This document shows, piece by piece, positions 1-9,170 of a stretch of 64,000 bases of DNA. Position 1 is the first letter of the stretch. Each line of letters begins with the position of its first letter. The notes under the pieces were generated by a model, which worked only from the letters and a program-made list of their open reading frames with translations, was not told the DNA's origin and searched no databases. A program made the position numbers and the translations under genes. Source of the stretch: an archaeon GW2011_AR15. GTDB taxonomy: Archaea; Nanobdellota; Nanobdellia; Woesearchaeales; GW2011-AR15. The DNA is taken from NCBI GenBank assembly GCA_000830295.1, contig CP010425.1, positions 544,001 to 608,000 on the forward strand. The letters run 5' to 3'.

Positions 1-1
1 C

Positions 2-127
2 CTGCTGGTGAAATTATCTGAATTATCAATAAAAGAAAAACATATACAGGAGATTGATTTCAATCCTGTAATCGCCAATGAAAAAGAGGCCGTAGTTGTG
101 GATGCGAGGATGATAACAGATGCTTGA
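2..127 (+). CDS. acdB: ADP-forming acetate-CoA ligase beta subunit, C-terminal fragment (5' truncated by window)
   Basis: Manual frame-2 translation LLVKLSELSIKEKHIQEIDFNPVIANEKEAVVVDARMITDA* has the ATP-grasp EIDxNP...VDAR end motif; overlaps acdA start. Confidence 0.85.
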   Translation: MLVKLSELSIKEKHIQEIDFNPVIANEKEAVVVDARMITDA

Positions 128-1508
128 GAATTTCTTCAGCCCAAAATCAGTGGCAGTGATAGGTGCGTCAAGGGAGAGAAGTTCTGCAGGCCAGGGAATC
201 CTCAGGAGCCTTCTCAAAGGCGGAGTTTTCAGGAGCAGCACAAACAGGCCGTTCAGAGGAAAGATATATGCTGTTAACCCGAAGGCGGATAATATCCTCG
301 GTGTAAAATGCTACTCCTCTGTGCTTGGCATAAAGGGGAAAATCGACCTTGCTGTGATTGCAGTCCCTGCAAAAATAGTCTCCAAGGTAATGAAAGAATG
401 CATGCAGAAAAAAATACATGCGGTCATCATAATTTCGGCCGGGTTTTCAGAAGCAGGCCAGGAAGGGAAAGAATTGGAAAAGCAGATTCTTGAAATAGCC
501 AGAAAAGGAAAAATAAGGATCTTGGGGCCGAACTGCCTGGGGCTGATGAGGCCTTCCTCAAATCTCAATGCATCTTTTGGTCCCTGCATGCCGAAAAAAG
601 GAGATGTTGCTTTTTTTTCGCAGTCAGGAGCACTGATAGACAGCGTGATAGACTGGTCGCTTGAAAACAACTATGGGTTCAGCACAGTTGTTAGTATTGG
701 AAACAAAGCAGACCTTACAGCAGAGGATTTTTTGCTGTGGGCGGAACACGATAAGGAGACAAAAGCAATTGCATTATATCTTGAAGACATAAAAGACGGC
801 GGGAGATTCATGGCAGCAGCAAAAAGGGTTTCCGCAAAAAAGCCTATTGTGGCCTTGAAATCAGGAAGGCTGGAAACAGGCATGAAGGCTGTGTCAAGCC
901 ATACAGGAGGACTGTCGGGAAGTTATGAAATTTACAAGACGGCATTCAGGCAGTCAGGAGTTCACATAGCGAACAGCGTAGATGATTTGTTTGAGATGAC
1001 TGAGGCGCTTGCCCATCAGCCGCCGTGCAGGAACGGAATTGCAATAATAACAAACGGCGGAGGGGCAGGAGTGCTGTGCGCTGACCACTGCGAAGAGCTC
1101 GGCGTAAAACTTACAGAGCTTAGCGAACATACAATAAGAAAGCTTGACAGCTCAGGAAAAATGCATCCGGCATACTCAAGAAGCAACCCGCTGGACCTGG
1201 TCGGCGATGCCCTTTCTGAAAGATATGATACTGCAATAGATACATTGCTCCAGCAAAAGGACATATACGGGCTGATAGTAATACAGACGCTGCAGACAAT
1301 GACACAGCCTATACTTGACGCTAAGGCAGTTCTAAGGGCAAGGAAAAAATATCCCGGCAAGCCCATAATAACAAGCTACATGGGAGGCAAGTTCTCAAGG
1401 GAGGCAGCCGAGCTTCTTGAAGCCAACAAAGTCCCTGATTTCAACGTGCCGTATAAGGCAGCAAAGGCAATGAAAGCACTGATAGACAGGTATCTGTGGC
1501 TGCATTAG
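120..1508 (+). CDS. acdA: ADP-forming acetate-CoA ligase alpha subunit
   Basis: CoA-binding SVAVIGAS, LGPNCLG, SQSGA, phospho-His motif SSHTG, NPLDLVGDA. Confidence 0.95.
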   Translation: MLENFFSPKSVAVIGASRERSSAGQGILRSLLKGGVFRSSTNRPFRGKIYAVNPKADNILGVKCYSSVLGIKGKIDLAVIAVPAKIVSKVMKECMQKKIHAVIIISAGFSEAGQEGKELEKQILEIARKGKIRILGPNCLGLMRPSSNLNASFGPCMPKKGDVAFFSQSGALIDSVIDWSLENNYGFSTVVSIGNKADLTAEDFLLWAEHDKETKAIALYLEDIKDGGRFMAAAKRVSAKKPIVALKSGRLETGMKAVSSHTGGLSGSYEIYKTAFRQSGVHIANSVDDLFEMTEALAHQPPCRNGIAIITNGGGAGVLCADHCEELGVKLTELSEHTIRKLDSSGKMHPAYSRSNPLDLVGDALSERYDTAIDTLLQQKDIYGLIVIQTLQTMTQPILDAKAVLRARKKYPGKPIITSYMGGKFSREAAELLEANKVPDFNVPYKAAKAMKALIDRYLWLH

Positions 1509-1580
1509 GTTTGGAAAGCTTTATAATTAAGATAATTCCTGGATTCTGATTGGTGGGGTAAAATTTCATTGCGTGATAAT

Positions 1581-2657
1581 ATGTGGGAATATGCATTTCT
1601 TGACGGGACAAAATATGAACCTTCTAAGCATGATGAATTAATCAAGAAACCGTTATGGGCATTTAGCTCAGAAGAGATGGAAGAAATGGGGCTCCCCCTA
1701 ATAAGAGATACGGCAATCACACAGAAATATTTTGACGTAATCCTTGCAGCTGACAAATCAAAACCTACTCCGGACCAGTCCGGTTTCTATGTTCACACAG
1801 GCGGGATGACTGAGAAAGGAAATATTGTATATGGGGGCAACCATGAAAAAGGGAGAGGAAAACAGGACACAATAACACACGGAGAAGAATCAGTTCTTGC
1901 AAGAGCGCTTGATGATTACGGAATAGAAGATCAGATTTCAATTATAGGCTTCTTAAGAGAAAAAGGGTTTGCCCCGGCCCCAAGGCATTGCGGACCGTGC
2001 AGGGACGGAATCCTGAAATATGACACAAGCAGGCTCAAGGTTTTCGGAGCCTCTAAAGACGGCGGGCATGTTGTGGTGTTGCCTTTCTCCAAATACCTGA
2101 AAGAAGATTTTGAAGAGACAGATGAATTCCTGGATTTTCCAGGAGAGCAAATTGAAACAGCTGTACATGGCCTGAAAATAGCATCATACAGAGGGCTTTC
2201 AGGAACTCCGGAACTTGAAAAGAAAATGGAAGACGGATTATATGGTGCAGTGATTGTGGCAAAGAACGGAAAGATGTGGAAAGGCAGTTTCAGGGGGGAT
2301 ACAGCATACCACTCTTCATATACAATTTCAGCTGCAATAGACACATTCAGGAATTCCGGATTGTTAAGAGGAAGGGATATAGATATAGAAAAACTGATTC
2401 TGGTGTCTCAGAATTCCGCTCCGCAAATTCCTTACAAGGACAGGCAATATTTCCTTGATTTTGCAGAATCAGTCCAGCTGTTCAACAACAGGGGGGATGA
2501 GCCTCTTCCTGTTTACATGCTCCAGGCTGATGAAAAAGGGGATATAGTGAAAGGATGGAAAACAGACTCATACGAATGGCTGCCTCTTCCATTTTCCGGA
2601 AAGCTGTTTGGTCTCGGCCCGTCCTACGTGAAGAATATAGAAGCGTTATTAATCTAG
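1581..2657 (+). CDS. Cytidine deaminase-like protein, two-domain (one catalytic, one degenerate)
   Basis: HGEE (HxE) and HCGPC (CxxC) Zn motifs; second domain YGAVIVAKNGKMWKG...PYKDRQ lacks ligands; ATG 1581 chosen, TTG 1569 possible. Confidence 0.7.
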   Translation: MWEYAFLDGTKYEPSKHDELIKKPLWAFSSEEMEEMGLPLIRDTAITQKYFDVILAADKSKPTPDQSGFYVHTGGMTEKGNIVYGGNHEKGRGKQDTITHGEESVLARALDDYGIEDQISIIGFLREKGFAPAPRHCGPCRDGILKYDTSRLKVFGASKDGGHVVVLPFSKYLKEDFEETDEFLDFPGEQIETAVHGLKIASYRGLSGTPELEKKMEDGLYGAVIVAKNGKMWKGSFRGDTAYHSSYTISAAIDTFRNSGLLRGRDIDIEKLILVSQNSAPQIPYKDRQYFLDFAESVQLFNNRGDEPLPVYMLQADEKGDIVKGWKTDSYEWLPLPFSGKLFGLGPSYVKNIEALLI

Positions 2658-2806
2658 AAAATTACAGACAGATAATCTTCGGCATATTTATCTTCAACCC
2701 TCTATATTTTCCGGTTTATCCATATTCTCAAAAATATATAATACAATACTATATAATCTAAGATAAGAAATCTTTATAATTAAGTTTATTTTTAGGATTG
2801 GGTAGA

Positions 2807-5800
2807 ATGGCGGGGTTGGATAATTTAGTTTCTACTAATATACGCGACTTCCATGCAAAATTTTCAACTTCACCCGCCGAGCACATAGAAATTCCGAGCA
2901 CACAGAAACTAACCTCTACTGATAAATTTGACAAGACTCTTGAATACCTTACTTCTATCCAGAAATACAGCGGACTGGCTGCCCCGTCAATGCTGGCCAA
3001 TATAGGTGGGGTAGATGCAGCACTCAGTCTCTATGCCAATGTTGCACAAAAAACAAAGGGAACCCCACATATTCTTTTCATTGACAGGAACCCAAGCCAT
3101 ATAGATAATCTCCTGTTCAGGATGATTACTGCAGTGCTAAATCCGGGAAGCAGGAGGGAATATATTGCTGACATCTTTGGAGTTACTGATCCTGAGCAGA
3201 GGAAGAGCATCAACCCCGATTCAATCTCACTCGACGACAAGGTAATCAAAGCTTATGATGTAAGTAAGCATTACGAGATGCTTAAAGCAAAAGCAAAGGA
3301 GAAGTTTGCGGAAAGTCCCAAATTGCTTGAGGAATATCTTGAATCTATCTACAGGATAACAAACCATCTTGGGGCAAATTCAAACTACAGGCAGTTTGTA
3401 ACTGGCCTCAGAGCAAATATAGACGCAAACCCGAAAACCCATTACCTGGCCTCAGATGGCCTGTACAGGAGTGTATCAGGAGTAATAAAAAACGGCAGCA
3501 CATATGCCCACGTCATGTGGGGAGACATAACCCTCCCTGACGGTGAGGCAGCAATAAGGAAAGTCATAAAGAAATATGGGCTTTCAAAGGGAGGCACACT
3601 TCCTTTTGATATTGCATTTATTCCTGACCTTAAAAACAGCATGGACAGCCTTGTCCCTTTCCTGAGAAAAAATGTAGGGGACGTCATATATACCAGGAAA
3701 GATGTCAAGAAAAATGAGAGGTTTTTGGATACAGAGGACGCCAGCCAGCTTGTAATCTCAACAAAGAAAGCCAAGGAAATAGAAGGTTATAAAGAAGAAA
3801 AACTGAAACGGGTAAAGATAGGGGAAAAAGTGCGGGTCTCAAAGGCAGAGGCAAGGGAAGGCATCCCTCCGGTCCTTTTCCTTTCAAAGCTGGATATCGG
3901 CTCAAAATACTGCGATGAGAAAACCCTTGAATATATTACAGAGAAGGCAATAGGCGCGGGCGTGGAGCTTGCGCTGGTCAACGGGGCAGTTTACGGGCCT
4001 TTCTTTTTCTGGGAAAACAAGAGAAGAGCGCTGATTGATCCGGAGTATCCGACACTTGATGCCCAGTTGAGGAGATATGCTGAGTGGAGGCAGGGATTCA
4101 AGAAAGTAGTCCATATAATGAATGATAATGATTCCAAGATTATTGAAGACCTGAATGCGCTCTTTGTGAATGAATATATGAGGAGGACAGAAGGAAAACT
4201 GAATATAGGAACAAGCGTGGGATGGCAGAGGGAATACAGGAATTCAAGGTGGGATGATGCAAAAAGAATCATAAGGGACTGCGTATATCCGTTCCTTCTT
4301 TATCTGGGAGAGGATGCAGCAGGGCTATACACCGAAGACAACTACAGGTCGCCAATATTTGAGCTTGTTTCAGGATTCCAGAGGCTTGAAGAGGGCGGAA
4401 ACTTAAAGCCGGCGGAAAAAAAGGTTCTCCAGGGAAACAGGAAAAAAAGGAAGGCTTTTGAAGCAGTAATGAACCATGGCAATGACAAATTTGAGGTTGT
4501 CCATGAGTTCTCCAAGATGTTTGATGAGAAAAAGAACCTCGGCATAAGATACTCAGGAGGCTGGACATTCTCAAAAATCACAGAATACACAGACCCGATA
4601 TCTGTCCCAAAGCAGAACGTACTGAGGTCGCAGAACGGCCACCTGAAAGATGTGCTTAAGGAGCAGATTATAGCAGACGGAAGGGCAGCGATGCTGTATT
4701 TCAATGCAACAGACGGGGAGAGAGTGACTCTCCTTGTCCCTGGCATGGCGGATGACAGAAGATATTTCACAAATGAGTTCGCGCCAATAAGGCAGGTATT
4801 GCAGGATCCAACACACAAGAGGGCGTCACAGCAGAACAAGACCCTGAATGTGCCGGGCGGAGTTGTCATTTCAGGCGACATAAAGAAAAACATGACAATA
4901 GAGCCATATATTCCGTTCATAATTGAAAGGATGGAAAAAGTCCAGAAGACCGGAACACCATATGAAGAAACAGTAATCCCTATTATCCATGACGTTCAGA
5001 CAGGCTCAATCACTGAGAGAGTGGACATGTTCATGAAATTCCTTGACTATGCAATACATGAGAGAAAAGGAAAGGGAATACTTTCAGTAGGCGACCTTCT
5101 TCAGGGAAGGAATTACAGGGAAATGCCAAATGAGAACCACTGGCTTTCAACAGTTTCCATCAGTGTGCAGCAGGACAATGTAAATGAAATGATAAGGCCA
5201 TTTGTCCCTTACATTAAATTCTTCAAGATGGTTGACGGCAACCACGAGTGGAATTCTGACAGGCTGGCAACAGGAGTCAATTATCATGCAAACATGCGCG
5301 CAATGTTCAGGGAATACAACAGGCATGTTCCTGAGGAAAAACAAATTGATTTTGAGCACTTTGAATTTATAGAGAACAGCAAAGGCGAAATAGTAAAAGC
5401 GCCTTTTGGCAGCCATAAAGAGCAGGACGTAAACATTCTTTTTTCACACATGTATTCCCAAAAAGGCTCAGGAAAAGGAAGCAGCAGGAACCCGGTTACA
5501 CATATGGCCTCATGGCTTGATACAATAGGCAGCATCGCAGACCCTTTCAATATACTCCTTGGAGCGCATTATCACCAGGTTGAGATGATGGGAACAAACG
5601 GCAGGCTTGCTGCTATTCTTGGAAGCAACGCAGGGGAATCAGGGTTTGAGATGGCAAGAGGTTATGCCAGCGTGCCTATGAACGGCCTGCTTATTTTCAA
5701 GCCTGACGGAAGCATAGTTGTTGAGATAGTCTCTGAGCAGTTCTTCAAAAACTACAAGCCAAAGAATCCGGAGATAGTAGCTGCAGGAGGAGTTGATGCT

Positions 5801-5908
5801 TATCTGAAGAATGCATTCCAGCAGGCAGTGTATCCGTTGCATGACGGAATAAGGCAGGGATACGAGCTGCAGCCCTTCTACAAGAGAGAGCTTAAAATAT
5901 CAGAATAG
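2807..5908 (+). CDS. Large protein with tandem calcineurin-like metallophosphoesterase domains
   Basis: C-terminal HDVQTGS, VGDLLQG, GNHEWN, FSH, GAHYH motifs; earlier degenerate copy SKLDIGS/NGAVYG/NDND. Confidence 0.7.
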   Translation: MAGLDNLVSTNIRDFHAKFSTSPAEHIEIPSTQKLTSTDKFDKTLEYLTSIQKYSGLAAPSMLANIGGVDAALSLYANVAQKTKGTPHILFIDRNPSHIDNLLFRMITAVLNPGSRREYIADIFGVTDPEQRKSINPDSISLDDKVIKAYDVSKHYEMLKAKAKEKFAESPKLLEEYLESIYRITNHLGANSNYRQFVTGLRANIDANPKTHYLASDGLYRSVSGVIKNGSTYAHVMWGDITLPDGEAAIRKVIKKYGLSKGGTLPFDIAFIPDLKNSMDSLVPFLRKNVGDVIYTRKDVKKNERFLDTEDASQLVISTKKAKEIEGYKEEKLKRVKIGEKVRVSKAEAREGIPPVLFLSKLDIGSKYCDEKTLEYITEKAIGAGVELALVNGAVYGPFFFWENKRRALIDPEYPTLDAQLRRYAEWRQGFKKVVHIMNDNDSKIIEDLNALFVNEYMRRTEGKLNIGTSVGWQREYRNSRWDDAKRIIRDCVYPFLLYLGEDAAGLYTEDNYRSPIFELVSGFQRLEEGGNLKPAEKKVLQGNRKKRKAFEAVMNHGNDKFEVVHEFSKMFDEKKNLGIRYSGGWTFSKITEYTDPISVPKQNVLRSQNGHLKDVLKEQIIADGRAAMLYFNATDGERVTLLVPGMADDRRYFTNEFAPIRQVLQDPTHKRASQQNKTLNVPGGVVISGDIKKNMTIEPYIPFIIERMEKVQKTGTPYEETVIPIIHDVQTGSITERVDMFMKFLDYAIHERKGKGILSVGDLLQGRNYREMPNENHWLSTVSISVQQDNVNEMIRPFVPYIKFFKMVDGNHEWNSDRLATGVNYHANMRAMFREYNRHVPEEKQIDFEHFEFIENSKGEIVKAPFGSHKEQDVNILFSHMYSQKGSGKGSSRNPVTHMASWLDTIGSIADPFNILLGAHYHQVEMMGTNGRLAAILGSNAGESGFEMARGYASVPMNGLLIFKPDGSIVVEIVSEQFFKNYKPKNPEIVAAGGVDAYLKNAFQQAVYPLHDGIRQGYELQPFYKRELKISE

Positions 5909-5917
5909 TTCTGGCAA

Positions 5918-6712
5918 TCAATCCATTTTCTTTATTATGAATTTATAAGTCAGATAGCCACTCACAAGGGAAATGCCAAAAGCAGCCAAAGTCCCGAATA
6001 CAAGCCCCAGAACAGGATAAAAATATCTTACTGCCCCGCTATAAACAGCAACATTTATCACTCCTGTGACAAGCAGGGTCTTTGCAAGCGCTGCTGAGAT
6101 TTTCGGTCCCCTGTATAAATGCGTTATTATCATTGTTGAACTGTACATGGCGGGAAATACAGAGAACATCCCTCCGAAAACAGGGCCGCCAAGCCTGCTG
6201 GCAAATACTGCAAATACGATTATTGCCCCGCTTATTGCTGCCCTTGCCAAAATTTGTAAGGGAGTATATCTGACTTTTATCCCTTTGGATGATTTTATTT
6301 TTAGCTTCTTTTCAAAGATATAATATGACATTAACAGTATCAGCAAACAAATCATAAGGGATACAGCATAATTTTCATATCCCACTGCGACAGCAATAAA
6401 AGCCAACACAAACCATACAGCTATCCCGGCTGCAATTGCCTTAAACGGGCCGTATTTTGCCATTAGTGCATAAACAACCAGGAACAACCCGCTGAACGAA
6501 AGGAAAAGGGGCTGCATCGTAGTTGCCTGGACAGCAACATCTGTTGACTCTACAAGACCTATAAAAAATATAGTTATCACGACAGTTGAAGGAAGCCCGC
6601 CTATTGCCCCGCCTATTTTGCTTCCAAATTTTTCTGCTATGGCTGTTGTAAGAATGACCCACAGGCTGCCGGTTACAAAGGCCAGAATTAAATTTGTTAA
6701 AAACTGATTCAT
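5918..6712 (-). CDS. Multi-pass membrane protein, DUF3147-like
   Basis: ~8 hydrophobic segments with internal duplication (AEKFGSKIGGAIGGLP / SRLGGPVFGGMFSVFP). Confidence 0.65.
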   Translation of the reverse strand: MNQFLTNLILAFVTGSLWVILTTAIAEKFGSKIGGAIGGLPSTVVITIFFIGLVESTDVAVQATTMQPLFLSFSGLFLVVYALMAKYGPFKAIAAGIAVWFVLAFIAVAVGYENYAVSLMICLLILLMSYYIFEKKLKIKSSKGIKVRYTPLQILARAAISGAIIVFAVFASRLGGPVFGGMFSVFPAMYSSTMIITHLYRGPKISAALAKTLLVTGVINVAVYSGAVRYFYPVLGLVFGTLAAFGISLVSGYLTYKFIIKKMD

Positions 6713-6750
6713 TAAGGCAGGTAACAGCAGACATTATTTTAATTTTGCTA

Positions 6751-6815
6751 AAAAAGGCGAAACCCCTGGATTTTCGCCTTTTTGCATCCCGAAAATCTGC
6801 CGGAAGCAGATTTTC
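6751..6815. repeat. Two adjacent perfect inverted repeats (12-bp and 10-bp stems)
   Basis: AAAAAGGCGAAA(6751-62)/TTTCGCCTTTTT(6772-83); GAAAATCTGC(6791-6800)/GCAGATTTTC(6806-15); just downstream of pelota. Confidence 0.8.
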
Positions 6816-6821
6816 ATGATT

Positions 6822-7883
6822 TCAATAATTAATCTTATATCTCAATATAGCACCCATCCCGCCCAGTCCGTCCAGCTTGCTTCCTGCCTCATGCTCAGAG
6901 CTGATTATGTGGACTTCGCCCTGCATATTCTCAACAGCCTTCATCATATACTCAACCTGCTCAAAAGTATTGTCTTGCCTTTTCTTCTGTATAAGCCTGT
7001 CAGTTACAAGAAGTTCAGAAACAGCCCCGCTGTCAACAGCCTCTTTGATTTCTTTCAGGCCATACTGTGCTTTTCCTTTTTTTGCAATCTCCCCAAGAAA
7101 CCCCTCGACTTTCCTGCTCTCGTCAGCAAATTTTTCCAGCTTCAGGACCTGCTGGACCTCATCCCTCTTTATCACCTCATTTATCCCGTTGACGCCGACT
7201 GAAGAGCATGTGGCATAGACAACTTTCTTCTTTAAATCGCCTGTTATTATTTTCTGTATATATTCTTTCCAGAATCCCGGGCTGGCGATTATTATGTTTG
7301 AGAAATTATGCCTCTTGTCATAATCCTCGACTGTTTTTTTTATTGCAGCAAAAAAATCGCTTGTTTCCGTCTTCACATCTGCCTTTTTTTGGACATCCCC
7401 TTTTATCTGGCCAAGCATCTCAAAGCCGTATTTTTTCAGCTGCGCAAAATATGCCTCTTCCCTGTCATGCACGACCAGCATTATCTTGCTGTTAAGGCCT
7501 TCTGCAGATTCCTCCAGCTTTTCAATCTGGTATTTCAGCAGGGCCTGCTTCTGGAGTGAAAATTCTGTCCCTCCCTCAAGGGATATTGTATGATGGCTGC
7601 CGAGCGGGATATCGTCGGGGCCTTCCCTGATTATCCCTGAAACCCTCAGCACATTGGAATATTTTGAGAATTCTATTTTGTCAACCTCTATCGCAAGCGT
7701 CACAGGTTTTCTTATTATCTTTGTATTTCTTTCATCTTCCTTCCCCAGCTTCACTTTTCTGTATGTGCTCGCCTTCAGAATATCGGATTTCTCAATAATA
7801 TAAGTCAGGTACCACAGGTCGTCCATGGATTCGACCTGCGCCCTTACAAAATTTTTCCTGTAATCCTTCTTTATTATCCTCAT
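6822..7883 (-). CDS. pelA: mRNA surveillance / ribosome rescue protein Pelota
   Basis: ESMDDLWYL, LRVSGII, GSHHT, eRF1-like C-terminus HEAGSKLDGLGGMGAILRY; start moved to MRIIKK at 7883. Confidence 0.95.
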   Translation of the reverse strand: MRIIKKDYRKNFVRAQVESMDDLWYLTYIIEKSDILKASTYRKVKLGKEDERNTKIIRKPVTLAIEVDKIEFSKYSNVLRVSGIIREGPDDIPLGSHHTISLEGGTEFSLQKQALLKYQIEKLEESAEGLNSKIMLVVHDREEAYFAQLKKYGFEMLGQIKGDVQKKADVKTETSDFFAAIKKTVEDYDKRHNFSNIIIASPGFWKEYIQKIITGDLKKKVVYATCSSVGVNGINEVIKRDEVQQVLKLEKFADESRKVEGFLGEIAKKGKAQYGLKEIKEAVDSGAVSELLVTDRLIQKKRQDNTFEQVEYMMKAVENMQGEVHIISSEHEAGSKLDGLGGMGAILRYKINY

Positions 7884-7939
7884 AATCCTATAGAGAAAAT
7901 AATAAGATTTATATATGTAATTGACTGTTTTTCCAGGAT
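7884..7939. promoter_or_regulatory. Divergent promoter region between pelA and the surface-protein operon
   Basis: 56-bp AT-rich spacer with TTTATATA TATA-like box near 7908-7915. Confidence 0.5.
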
Positions 7940-9130
7940 ATGAAAAAAGCACAGCTGACAAATCCCAACCCTCAGTCAATGATTGCTTTGCTGATTTTTA
8001 TAATCGGGGTTGCCCTTGTTATGTACATACTTTTCCTTCCTCCGGCCGAGAGGGCAGAGCTTCTTGAGCAGAACAGGAGTACGCCGGGAGACGGCACAAG
8101 GGATGAGATTTCAATTCTTATGACACAGGAGCCTGGCAGGATAAGCAACATAGCAGACACTGAGATAATAAAAGACCTTCCGTCTTTCAACCTTTTTACA
8201 AGGACAGATGCAAAGACACTTGCAGAATTTGATTCCATTTACATAAAAAAATCACTGTTTGAAGAGCAGATGCGGAATATTACTTTTGGGATAGAGGACC
8301 TGGAGCACACAGATAATTATGCATTGTCATACAATGTACAGCGGCACAGCGGAGTACTGACCATTATTCTTAATGATAACATTATTTTAAGCAATGAAAT
8401 AACAACAGCCAGCCCCGCCCCTCTTAAGCTTCCCAAAGACCTGCTTAAGGAAAACAACAATCTTGTTTTCAGGGTATCCGGCCCGGGCATTGAATTCTGG
8501 AAAAGCAATCAGTATATCCTTGAGGACATAAAAGTTACAGCAGATTTCACAGACATTTCAGCGCAGGAGAACATACAGATAATCCATGTGACAGAGCAGG
8601 AAATAGATAATCTCGAATCCATGGACCTTAGATTTGCAGTAAACTGCGAAGAGCTTGCAAACGCGCCTCTTGAGATATACTTAAGGAAGAGGCTTATCTA
8701 TTCAAGCGTGCCTGACTGCGGCACAAGCGTGCTTATACCTCCTGTAGACGGCAGCAGGCTTATTGAGGGAGAAAACGACCTTCTTTTCAGGACAGAAAAA
8801 GGCAATTACCTGCTTTACGGGATAGAGGCAAAGCTTCACCTGAAAAAACCATTGTTCCCTACATACTTCTTCAACCTTGATGCAGAGACATTTAATAAGG
8901 TCAAAAACGATGAAGGAGACCTCAATGTCTCAATACTTTTCCCCAACAGCGAGGACAGGAAAAAAGGGATTATACTTGTAAATGATTACATACTTGAGAT
9001 AGAGACATATGACACATTCTACAACAGGAAGATAAACTCATTCGTCAGGCAGGGCAACAATGCAGTTGAGATACAGCCCAAGGATGAGAAGCTGGATATC
9101 GTCGAGCTACATGTATTTTTAGCAGAGTAA
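7940..9130 (+). CDS. Secreted/membrane-anchored beta-rich protein with class III (prepilin-like) signal
   Basis: N-terminal MKKAQ followed by hydrophobic helix; three repeats of a 'G.N.L.F' beta motif. Confidence 0.6.
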   Translation: MKKAQLTNPNPQSMIALLIFIIGVALVMYILFLPPAERAELLEQNRSTPGDGTRDEISILMTQEPGRISNIADTEIIKDLPSFNLFTRTDAKTLAEFDSIYIKKSLFEEQMRNITFGIEDLEHTDNYALSYNVQRHSGVLTIILNDNIILSNEITTASPAPLKLPKDLLKENNNLVFRVSGPGIEFWKSNQYILEDIKVTADFTDISAQENIQIIHVTEQEIDNLESMDLRFAVNCEELANAPLEIYLRKRLIYSSVPDCGTSVLIPPVDGSRLIEGENDLLFRTEKGNYLLYGIEAKLHLKKPLFPTYFFNLDAETFNKVKNDEGDLNVSILFPNSEDRKKGIILVNDYILEIETYDTFYNRKINSFVRQGNNAVEIQPKDEKLDIVELHVFLAE

Positions 9131-9170
9131 AGTTTATATAGCTTAAATATTCTAGAAGACTATTAGGGAA

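Noticed and set aside
7884-7979. N-terminal extensions given by the ORF track (pelota; also 17331, 17075, 21126, 36734, 34351, 63158)
   Set aside because: They run through AT-rich promoter regions or overlap neighbours; downstream ATGs match family N-termini or SD positions
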